Shown: piece by piece, positions 49,063 through 59,479 of the stretch
Layout: each line of letters opens with the position of its first letter
Position numbering within the stretch: position 1 is the first letter of the stretch
Source: an uncultured Methanosarcinaceae archaeon
Lineage (GTDB): Archaea > Halobacteriota > Methanosarcinia > Methanosarcinales > Methanosarcinaceae
Reading direction: 5' to 3'
Assembly (NCBI GenBank): GCA_963833425.1
Contig: CAWHXP010000002.1
Location: forward strand, 391,194-455,193
DNA: 64,000 bases
Notes under the pieces: model-generated
Databases searched by the model: none
Seen by the model: only the letters and a program-made list of their open reading frames with translations
What the model was told of the DNA's origin: nothing
Program-made: the position numbers and the translations under genes

Positions 49063-50392
49063 CTACTCTGCCCTCTTATAAGTCATCTAGGGGGAATTTT
49101 TTTCCCTGAACGTGTTCATCCAAATGAAATGTTTATCCAAAATACTCTCTTACGATATAGACTTCACGGTAGATTTCACGGAAAACTGATGTGCTAACGA
49201 GATATATCCACTAATCCTTAAAGATTGACGCTTCACTTGAGCTGCATCTTAGTCCACTTATATACACTGTTTCCCCCACTTTATAAATATTTGTTTTATT
49301 TCCATAACAAAAAATTCTACTTTTGATTTGGGGATAAATTATGAAAATATCAAACAAATCGAAGTCTATAAGTCTATAATAGCAAACTTTTTCATGTTAA
49401 CAGAGATTTTTACGTTTCTGTCGTGTATTAAGTACCTAAAACTCAATATATTGATGACGGGATTTATCATACTATTATGCAATTATTATAAAGATAGTAA
49501 CTTCTGTAAATACTGAAAGTAAATCTTTGAAATCAAACTCTTAGATTAAATCAATATTGTTGATCAAAATGAGATTCCATAAAGTCTCATAGAAAGAATT
49601 TTGAAGAACAAAAGAATATTTCTAAAATAGTAAAAGATTCCTTAGACCCCACAAAACTTATAGAATGATGGAATATAAAATCTCGAAATCCGGGTTACCG
49701 TCCCAGTTCAAGATTTTTAGCTTATAAGTACGAATTTATAGGTAAACATTTGAAAAAAATCGATTAAATATGTACTTTCAAAAGTTTTACGCTTATGGAA
49801 CTAGAAAATAAATGCCTCTTTAGAAAATAACTATGGATTACGATTGTGGAAATGTTATTAGCCGAGATGGTAATAGTTCAATCAATATCATGAAATGTTT
49901 CCTACCACAGAATGCTTTGTAAACAATCTATTAATATTTTGTTGATAACCTTCGACAAACAAGCTTGTTGATGGCCAAACAGAGCGTTATTTCAAATAAG
50001 AGGACTAATTATTTTGAAGGAGCACCTGCCTCGATGCGTCAGCAGGGGGATGGAGAGTTCACTAAACATAGAATCTTGAGTTGCATACCCACTTACTGCA
50101 GATGTGTACAAGACTGTCATCCATTTTTTTTCAATATGACAGCAGCTTAGAATTGATCTAATTTTCACTGAATAATAGTGGACAAACTGGTAAACAAATT
50201 TTAAATAGATGTACATATGCAGAATATCGTAGATATAAATATCTGATAAGTTTTCTAGCAAGATATGAGTTCGTATAATACTAAGTGTTAAAGAAGGCAG
50301 AATTATAACGTTAATTGACCGAAAAATAGTAAAAGAATAACATCAACAGTACTAATAGAACTACTGTTAATTTTAAAAAAAGAGGATCTGAA

Positions 50393-51589
50393 ATGGCCCG
50401 AAATATAAAAGTCGAAGAGCTTTTGCGAACTCCGATTGAGAAACAACAAATAGAGCTTGTAGAACGCAAAGGGATAGGGCATCCTGACAGTATATCAGAT
50501 GGATTGGCAGAAGACGTAAGCCGCGCACTATGTAGGGAATACATCAGCAAATGTGGGGTTGTACTCCATCACAATACCGATGAAACTCAGATTGTAGCTG
50601 GAAGATCGTGTCCCAAATTTGGGGGGGGAGAAGTACTGCAGCCAATATATATTCTATTGGTGGGCAGAGCTACAAAAGAGTTTGAAGGTGTCGAACTTGC
50701 TACCGAGTCTGTAGCTCTTCAAGCTGCAAGGAAATACCTTAAAAATACTCTTGTGAATGTTGACCTTGATAGAGATGTAATCATGGACTGCAAACTCGGA
50801 ACAGGTTCTTCAGACCTAAGGGATGTATTCAAAAGAGACAGGGTTCCGATTGCAAATGATACTTCCTTCGGTGTTGGACATGCTCCGTTTTCTGAGCTTG
50901 AAAATCTTGTCTACAATACGGAAAGGCAACTTCTCACAGACCTGAAATCTCGCATTCCTGGAATCGGAGAGGATATGAAGGTCATGGGACTTCGGGATGG
51001 AGAAGATATAACCCTTACAATATGCAGTGGCATGATTGGGAAATATATCGACGACTTGAGTAGTTATATAAGCATAATTGAAGAGATGAAGGATTATGTA
51101 GGGGGACTTGCAACTCGTTACACTGAACGAGATGTGAAAGTTTTCATTAATACAGGAGATAACCTGGAAACAAGTAGTGTTTTCCTTACGGTAACCGGAA
51201 CTTCAGCTGAAATGGGGGATGATGGTTCCGTTGGGCGTGGAAACCGCTGCAATGGCTTGATAACACCAAATAGGCCTATGAGTATGGAAGCTACAAGTGG
51301 AAAAAATCCTATCAACCATATCGGGAAAATTTACAACCTTTTAGCGACTCAAATCTCCCATGATATTATAAGAAAAGTTCCAGAAGTACAAGAAGTCTAT
51401 GTTAGACTGCTGTCCCAGATCGGAAAACCCATTGACAAGCCACTTGTGGCAAGTGCTCAGATTATCCCTAAAGAAAATGCATCCTTTGAAAAGGTTAAAG
51501 TGGAAGCTGAAGTTGTAATTGATGACTGGTTTTCCAATGTGACAAAGATTACAGAAATGGTGATTAAGGGGGAATTAAACACTTTCTAG
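50393..51589 (+). CDS. mat: Archaeal S-adenosylmethionine synthetase
   Basis: [35 protein letters not shown]. Confidence 0.97.
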   Translation: MARNIKVEELLRTPIEKQQIELVERKGIGHPDSISDGLAEDVSRALCREYISKCGVVLHHNTDETQIVAGRSCPKFGGGEVLQPIYILLVGRATKEFEGVELATESVALQAARKYLKNTLVNVDLDRDVIMDCKLGTGSSDLRDVFKRDRVPIANDTSFGVGHAPFSELENLVYNTERQLLTDLKSRIPGIGEDMKVMGLRDGEDITLTICSGMIGKYIDDLSSYISIIEEMKDYVGGLATRYTERDVKVFINTGDNLETSSVFLTVTGTSAEMGDDGSVGRGNRCNGLITPNRPMSMEATSGKNPINHIGKIYNLLATQISHDIIRKVPEVQEVYVRLLSQIGKPIDKPLVASAQIIPKENASFEKVKVEAEVVIDDWFSNVTKITEMVIKGELNTF

Positions 51590-51769
51590 ATGCCATTACT
51601 ATTTTCACATAAGTTTTTTATATTTATGATGTTAGAAATATCTCTTTTTCAGTCGATTATCCCACTACTTTCTGTAGGTATGGCAACTTCTTAGATAACT
51701 GTTATTGACTAACTTATTTAGATTTTAAGCTACCTTTGCTCCAAAAAATAAAATGTTTCATGCAAACAT

Positions 51770-52184
51770 ATGTGTCTGTAAAAGGGTATATTAGATATTA
51801 TTTTAGTACGAATTATCGTCAAAAATTTTGTTAGGACAATGGAATCGTCAACTGCTTTAAAAGTACTTATACAAATTATTTAAGTTCATATATGCTTTTA
51901 TGCATGGTATATAAGTTACTTGTAAAAATCAGAGATTTGATCGAAATCATATGAAATATATCTTTTTTGAAATTGGTAACTGTTTGTTTTGTGCATGGTA
52001 TGTCGGTACCGACGTGATCATGTACATCTTTTCATTTGTGATGAACCAAAATATCTTCTTCAAGAGCGATGCAGATAGTAAAACTATCACATCAAGATAA
52101 ATCTTTAAAGAATAGTCTGAGATTAAAAAAAATTCTGTTTTGTGAACTTTGGAATGTTGAAGATTACATCGGAACTGTTTGTAG
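51770..52184 (+). mobile_element. IS200-type tnpA remnant cut by IS6
   Basis: DHVHL, ICDEPKY and SRAMQIVK fragments; EDYIGTV ends at the IS6 inverted repeat. Confidence 0.65.
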
Positions 52185-52852
52185 GGTCCGTTGCAAAAAT
52201 CTCAGAATAAGCACGTAATTATACGGATGATGAACAAAAGTCAAAATATCCGAGAAAAATGTATCAATATTACAGAACTATTCCAAATAATTGATTGGTG
52301 TATTTAGCTTCATTAAGACCAGAGTAATTTAGATTCTTGATTTGTCCTTTTTTAATCATATTCAAAGCTTCAATTCCTTTTAAAACCTTACTCTCAGAGC
52401 GAAAAGACTGAAAGCTTAGCATTGGAGCAATTATCCGTTTGATAGACCTATGATCTTGTTCTACAATGTTATTCAAATACTTGACTTGTCTAATTTCAAC
52501 CCTTTTGGACAACTTCTTTTCATTTTTCAGTCCATCTATAGCAGAGGGATAAGCCGGATTCTTCAACGGTTATTACTCTTGGAATTTGATTATGATTAGA
52601 ACTCAAAACTTTCTTAAAGAATCTCTTCGCTACTTTTCGATTTCGTTTTACACTTAACATGAAATCAATTGTATCTCCATTTGAATCAACTGCTCGGTAA
52701 AAATATTTCCATTTACCTTTTACTTTGATATAAGTTTCATCAACTCTCCATGATCGTTTGTTGGTCTTAAATGTCTTCTTATCTTCTTTTCTATTTCAGG
52801 AGAATATTGATGCACCCATCTCATTATAGTACTGTGATCAATTTGAATTCCT
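52185..52852 (-). mobile_element. IS6-family element, truncated and frameshifted transposase
   Basis: End GGTCCGTTGCAAA; WRVDETYIKVKGKWKYFYRAVDS; KYLNNIVEQDHR. Confidence 0.9.
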
Positions 52853-53121
52853 CACAAATAATAGTTTCTTACTTATATTTCGCTATACATTATATTCTCT
52901 GAATAATAATACTCTGATGGTACAATTAAAAAACAATTAAATCGGCAAATAATATAATAAGTAAATTTAAAAAATGGAATAGTCCTTCAAAAACTAAACC
53001 AGAGAATCAATTGGTAAATCAAAATTTATTCAGTGCACTTGCCGGTTGGAAGTAAATTGAAAAACTAATAGTCTTAAAAAAAATTGTATCAAACGGAATA
53101 AAAGTTGGAGTGTATACAAAT

Positions 53122-53478
53122 ATGGGGAAACAAAAATTTGACAGAATGAAAAAAACACTTAGCATTCTCATGCTAGTCTTTGTAGTAGTGCCATTGACAG
53201 CTGTGGCAGTGAGCGCAGCTTTTGGTAACGGTGGCGGTCATCACGGTGGTCACGGCTTTGGCGGCCGAGGCGGCTTCGGAGGCTTTGACGGCGGCTTTGG
53301 TGGCGGCTGGGGCGGCTGGGGTGGACCTGGTTTTGGCTGGGGCGATCCATTCGGATTTTATCCACCTGCACCCTATGGAGCAGGAATGGGAAGTTGTGCC
53401 TGTGGACCTTATGGATGCTTCTGTGCTCCTGACTACACGTACCTTACACAGTGTATCATAGCCGACAACGGCTGGTGA
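53122..53478 (+). CDS. Small secreted Gly/aromatic-rich, Cys-containing peptide (copy 1)
   Basis: GGAG RBS; signal peptide; GGPGFGWG.PFG.YPPAPYG, CACGPYGCFC, IADNGW. Confidence 0.85.
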   Translation: MGKQKFDRMKKTLSILMLVFVVVPLTAVAVSAAFGNGGGHHGGHGFGGRGGFGGFDGGFGGGWGGWGGPGFGWGDPFGFYPPAPYGAGMGSCACGPYGCFCAPDYTYLTQCIIADNGW

Positions 53479-53818
53479 AAGTAAACGGCTGTTTCGCCAA
53501 TGATCTCGTTAGCTTGTTCTGACTAGCTGAAACATGAATTAACCTATCTCGGAAAGCTAAATTTGCTAAAAAAATAGGATTTAAGCATTTGATGTACAAA
53601 ATCATGTGCTATCCATGTTGTGGCACCAATTAATCACAAATGCAAAGTTTAGCGAGACGAGCATGGAAGAAAAATGGGAGGCAAAAAAGAGCTTTTTGTA
53701 CTTCCTTTCCTCCGTGTTTTTCGTGATTATACAATTCCATATGACTTTAATATCTAATATTCCGAAATTTCTGATAAATCCCTGAATTTTGTCTATATTT
53801 ATAAACAGTATAATTTAT

Positions 53819-54807
53819 GGCTCTGTAGAAATCCTTAATTTGATGCAAATTGTTTCTATAACTTTTTTGTTTATGTTACATACTATTAATTTAATTTTAA
53901 TCTCTTTCACTTGATAACGGAATTCCCTTGCACTCAGTGTTTCTCCTAATTTTCTTTAAACTACAGAAAATATAGTCTCCACAATATTTCTTTGATTATA
54001 TTTAATTCTGTCAAAGATCAGGTTCAATTGTTTTCTATATTTTCCTCTTATTCTCTTCCTTTTTCTCTCTCTTACAAGTATAATTGAATCTGCTTTGATT
54101 TCTTCTCTAATTATAGAAAGTATTTTTTCTGAATCATATCCTATCTATTACATAACAATCAGACTTTCTATCCTATTTGATTGCCTTATCAGAGCATTTG
54201 CATGTTTGATTTCATGGTCTGCTTTTTGACTAATTTTCCATCCCAACATTACCTTTTTACCGGTATCTACTGATATTGAAGTTTTCAGGAAGCTTCTTCG
54301 AAGCTTCCTTGTCCCTCTGGAATAATAATAACTTGCATATGAACTCGTAAATCTTGTTGCATCGTTCGCTGCAACAGAGACATTTTCTCCATATGAGTAA
54401 AACAGCTTTAATATCCTTGACAGAAGAAGGTTACACAGAGAGGAGGGAATCCTGGTTACAAACATTTGAAGGGTAATGAAATGTGGAATCTTATCAAGGA
54501 TAAGTTTTTCTTTTAAATCGTTTATAAGGTCAATAAGTTCTACAAAATCTCGATAATCTGTACTATTCAATAAAATCAGTATAAGAAGCTGATGCTGGGT
54601 ATAAATGTGTTTTGAATACTTGCAGGAATGAAGCTTCATTCTCGAAGACTGAACGGTTTCGAGGTTGGTATCAACAAATTTAATGTACTTATTAAACTTC
54701 AATATGAATGTTACTTCGTTTTTAGTGAAAAAATAAGAAGAATATTATAACTAACTATTTATAATATTATAGTATAAAAGTTCAATTTAGAGCATTTCTA
54801 CATAGCC
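53819..54807 (-). mobile_element. IS5-family element with decayed transposase
   Basis: TIRs GGCTCTGTAGAAAT / ATTTCTACATAGCC; 7-bp target duplication AATTTAT; ORF with YTQHQLL and KTSISVD. Confidence 0.9.
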
Positions 54808-55566
54808 AATTTATGTATAATTCATATGCAAATTACGGAATATAGGAATTTATCAAAATTTTTTCTAGCATCCACGAATAGTCGATTAAAAAATTTTTTT
54901 GAATTCACATCTTTAAGTTCGAAGCAAAATTTATCCAACTTCAGAAGATACCGAATAAAATAATAACTTTTCCCAATTTAGTATTAATTATTCTTTTAAA
55001 TAATGATTGTAGAAATAAACCAATTTATCATGATTTGCCATTTTCACTGAAGATGATATATCGCCTAGATTTTGAAAAATATATGCAAATTTATAACTCA
55101 TTTACCAATTTGCATTAGATATGTTGCCAAATATAATATAAAATTGTATTTTATAAAGCTACATATAGTAACAGTGTATTTTTCAAAGTAGTTTTACTGA
55201 AAATAGTGATTAATTATGAAATAATACTTCATTATGAAATAAATATAAGATACTTGTTTATATAAATTCAGTTTAAGTCAAAAATTGTTTCTGCTAAATG
55301 CTAAATATTAGTTTCTTACGTATACTTCGCTATACATTATATTCTCTGAATAATAATACTCTGATAGCGCTATCTGAAAACATTTAACTCGGCAAATGAT
55401 ATAGTATGAAAATTAAGCAACTGAAATCTACTAAAAAAAATCAAACTAGACACTTTGTTGGAGAGATACTATTCGTGCGATATACTTGCCGATTGGAAGT
55501 AAATTGGAAAATCAGAAGTCTTCAAAAATAGTATCAAACGGAATGAAAGTTGGAGTGTATACAAAC

Positions 55567-55905
55567 ATGGGGAAACAAAAATTTGACAGAATGAAAAAAA
55601 CACTTAGCATTCTCATGCTAGTCTTTGTAGTAGTGCCATTGACAACTGTGGCAGCGAACGCAGCTTCTGGTTCTGCTTATCATGGTCACGGTAGTCATGG
55701 TAACGGTGGTCATGGCCACGGCGGTTCTGGTCACGGCGACTTTGGCGGACCTGGTTTTGGATGGGGCGGTCCATTCGGATATTACCCACCTGCTCCCTAT
55801 GGCATGAGCGGTGACAACGATGTCGTATGCGGACCTTATGGATGCATGTGGAACCAAGATACCCACTATATTGTGAAGAATACCATAGCAGAAAATGGTT
55901 GGTAA
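55567..55905 (+). CDS. Small secreted Gly/His-rich, Cys-containing peptide (copy 2)
   Basis: First 26 codons identical to copy 1; GGPGFGWGGPFGYYPPAPYG, CGPYGC, IAENGW. Confidence 0.85.
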   Translation: MGKQKFDRMKKTLSILMLVFVVVPLTTVAANAASGSAYHGHGSHGNGGHGHGGSGHGDFGGPGFGWGGPFGYYPPAPYGMSGDNDVVCGPYGCMWNQDTHYIVKNTIAENGW

Positions 55906-56170
55906 AAATAAATGGTTGTTTTGCAAGTTATACTCGATAACTGATTGCTGACTAATCGAATCATGAACTGATCTGTCTAATAGATCTAAATTGGGTACGA
56001 AATAGGACTTACGCATTTTAGGTACAAAATCCAGTACAGTATACATTGTGATTTGAACTTATATTTTAGGCAATTTAATTTTTATTGCTACCTATTTTTT
56101 AGTTCATTGGCGTAAGTCCTATAGACTGTAAAACTAATTATAAAATATAATTGAATTTATTTCAATCGAA

Positions 56171-56790
56171 TATCCCATAACAAGCTACAGGGATATAACC
56201 TAAGTTATACTGTTATTAACCAATCGTCTGCAAATACACACAAGAATGTTATCTCTTTTCTCAATATAGCAGTAGTTTAAAATTAATATAATTTTCAATG
56301 AATAAACATAGGTAAATAGCCAAACAAACGACTCAAATAGGTACATTTGCAGAATGCCGATTATTAGCTAACTGAAATCTATTTTAATATGCCTTTGCAT
56401 TATAAAAATGGAACTACTTCATTCGAAACATTGAATCCATAAAATAAGATATTCCGTGGTTTATGGTTGTGATTACGTATATTTTTTTGTTGGCTGGGAA
56501 CCAAAATATACTACTTCAAGAATTATGCAGATTAGAAAAAGTATCAGAGAAAAAAAAGTTTTAGAATGCTGGGATTAAAAAGTCGCTATTTGTTTGTGAG
56601 CTATGGAATGAGGGAAGTTACATTGAAACTTTGAGTGATTACACAACTTCCGATGTAATCAGGAACTATGTTGAAAATCAGGTAACCGGAAAAATGAACA
56701 TATAAGAAAATGAAAATATTTGATCCGGAGTAATTTTCTCTACCCCAGAGAAGTTGTGCACCCAGTTGCTGACGGGTGGGTACAGTACCA
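56171..56790 (+). mobile_element. IS200-type element remnant with degenerate end hairpins
   Basis: TATCCC..CAAGC..GGGATA hairpin at 56171; EPKYTTSRIMQI; ELWNEGSYIETL..TTSDVIRNYVENQ. Confidence 0.7.
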
Positions 56791-56861
56791 CAACTTTGAT
56801 TGCATTTCTGATAGGTTATTGTCATTCGCTTTTCTATCCTTTTGATGATTTAAAAGACTTC

Positions 56862-56952
56862 AGAGGATTTCGATAAACCTCTGATCGTCACGAGTCATTT
56901 AATATGCTATCCATATGTAAATAACAAAATAGTTGGGTTATCAAAATTTTCT
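56862..56952. repeat. 91-bp MITE-like element
   Basis: AGAGGATTTCGATAAACCTCTGAT...GGGTTATCAAAATTTTCT. Confidence 0.8.
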
Positions 56953-57159
56953 TCAATGCCATTAGATCCTTTAATGTCAATTTTGATTCCATGATTTCTG
57001 CCTATATTCAGAGATATCTTTATATTTAATGCCTCATCCATCTATATGCTAATCACTGTGCTATCTACAATTAAAATAAACATAAAGGAGAATATTCGAA
57101 TCATCAAGCACTCTATTTTCTACAAAAACGAGCATTAAATTTATAGGCCAAAGCGTACA

Positions 57160-57826
57160 AATCACTGTGTTCTCAGCCCAGTAGATGTAAGCGTCAACTT
57201 CAACCCAGGTTCTGTATGTAAATTCCGGCTGCTTCTTTCTAATATTTTCGATAGAAGAAGCTAAATATCCATCATTCTAATAACGTATACTCTTTCCAAT
57301 AGTATTTTTCCAAATATTATTTTTGAATTTCCCATAGACTAATTGTTGTCTCTTGTTTCAGCTTTCAATGAGCTCAAGAGTGCTAACTCTCGGTTTGAAC
57401 TTAATGGGTAGATAGATTGGTCTTCGTCAGGTTCAATTTATAGTATTTCAAAATCTTCTTCCTTTTCAATGCCATGAATTATCTGTTTGAGTTCTTAATC
57501 AATCGGTTATAGTATCTTTTTTCGATACTTGTACACGGAGATAATGTAATAAGTAACAAAAATTTTCTATGTTTTTATGTTCGTATCTTATTTACAAAAT
57601 ATATATTTTTGTTAAATCCTAGTAAGTATTTTATGACGAAAGCATTTAATTTTAGGTTACATCAAACAATTGATCAATCTAACCAGTTTAAGCTACATTG
57701 GTAGTTGTAGTTGTCCATAATCAGCCTCTGACATCTGCGGAATGCGGGATGGGCCTGAGGACTCGTTCCCAAAAGGAAAGAAATGAACCAAGAAGCCACT
57801 TAGTCTTCAGCTGAGTGGTAGTTTAC
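57160..57826. mobile_element. IS605-type element, same family as 18808, with tnpB almost wholly deleted
   Basis: tnpA pseudogene (-). tnpB start MTKAFNFRL at 57633 is joined at ~57727 to the right end TGACATCTGCGGAA...GCCACTTAG..CTGAGTGGTAGTTTAC. Confidence 0.85.
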
Positions 57827-58304
57827 CAAATAACAGGCACAGATAATCCAAAAGGCTTCTCAATTTATTCTTTTGACCATTATTCCATCATAATTTTAAG
57901 CAGTAAGAATTTCATTGATTTAGTTTTTTAAAACCGTTCCAAAACTAATCAGTGAATTGCCATCGAAGACTCAAATGTAACTTTGATCACGGATGTCAAA
58001 TTGCCTCTGTAGTAACTTCACTGACCAAACAAATTTGATGGTCGAAATTAAAACAATAGAGTTTCTATAGATATGATGATGAAATTTTAGATTTTAAAAA
58101 TTTGTTTATATCATAAAAATGTGATTTTGTCGCATCTGAATCAACAAGTGATTTTTGGGTTCCGGTTTAGGATTCATTGATACAGCATCTTTTTGCGATC
58201 TTTCGAACGTGCGTGAGGTATGAAGGCATTTATGCACAAATAAAACATATCAATATAGTTTCAAAATTATTGCAAAAACTTCATTGTATCAAAGTCTTGG
58301 TGTT

Positions 58305-58570
58305 GAATTCTGTTGCAAGCAATGGGATCTGTTAGCGCCACCACTCTGTAAAAAAGTACAAATAATTATTCAAAATTGGTTATATAAATTAGATTAGATT
58401 ATTTTTCTTATATTTTTTCCTGAAATTTTCAATATCTTTTGTAACGACATCGAAGTTGTACCACGATCAACAGTTCCGATATAATCTTCATAATCCACAT
58501 TTCATCACCACATAATTGTTTTCGACCTCGAGTTATTCTTTAAAGACATTTCTTGCTTTGATATTTAATA
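58305..58570 (-). mobile_element. IS200-type tnpA 3' remnant
   Basis: ARNVFKE, EDYIGTVDRGTTSMS; nucleotide similarity to 52090-52180. Confidence 0.55.
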
Positions 58571-58797
58571 TATAGGATTTATATTCCCCTTCTATTTTCA
58601 CGAGTAGTTACATATAATTCATAAAAAAATGAATATATCATTTATAAGAAAATGACTAAATTTAGATGGTTATCTAATTCTCTTTGAATACAAATTTGCA
58701 ATATCTTTAGAATATATTGTCCAGGCTGTAATTATTTAATTTATTCACTTTTATCTCACTTTTCATTGATTCGTTTCTTCTTTTTGTTTTCGTCTTC

Positions 58798-58817
58798 CAC
58801 AAAGGATTTATATATTA
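58798..58817 (+). promoter_or_regulatory. Candidate BRE/TATA promoter of the rpl3 operon
   Basis: Purine-rich CAAAGGA followed by TTTATATA. Confidence 0.55.
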
Positions 58818-59470
58818 GATGTGCTATTTACAGGCAATGCACATCAAAGTTTGAAGTTTCAAGCACTTTCGTGTTTGAAATTATTAAACAAAATCAATGT
58901 GTTACTTAATGCTAAGTTCCTGGAAGCTTCCGGGAAATTGGGTTTTGCCGTTGATTAGGTAAAATTTTCTGTATTTGAAGATAATTCCAGTGAGAAAAGT
59001 CGGATCAACATGAGTGTCAAAGGGCCAATGCTTTGAAACGCCCGCTTTTAGCGCTATGAATGCGCCTAAAATCGCACGAAACTGTTAGGTTTTCGATGAG
59101 TTGCGGTTGCAGTTGTTGAATGCTGAAGTTTCAAGTAATATTACTGGTTACTGAATGCTGAAGTTTCTAATATATTGCTAGATGTTTCAAATCAGGGCCG
59201 AATACCTGGATTAGGGTCTGCCAGGATCGTAAAATCGGTCCCTTAAGCGTATGCTCCTGCAGAGGCTGTGGGAAAGGGCCGAATGCAGATGCCTGAAGGA
59301 ATTAGGGTACCGGAAGTATAAAGCTCTGGTCTGCTCGAGGCTTTTTTTTGCCAGGCAGGTCTGAAAGATATCCCTCCCTACCTGGTAGCGTTTGGGGAAT
59401 CCAGTGCGTTTTTCTTTTGTCACTTTGTTGAGTCGACCGGAGGGGCTGGTATTTAAATTGAAATTTATGG
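58818..59470 (+). ncRNA. Candidate long structured 5' leader of the r-protein operon
   Basis: No credible ORF; several stems and a twice-repeated AGGGCCGAAT...ATTAGGGT motif. Confidence 0.55.
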
Positions 59471-59479
59471 AGTAGAAAT

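Noticed and set aside
59190..59400. SRP RNA or RNase P RNA
   Set aside because: The RNase P GAGGAAAGTCC motif and the SRP helix 8 motif were not found.
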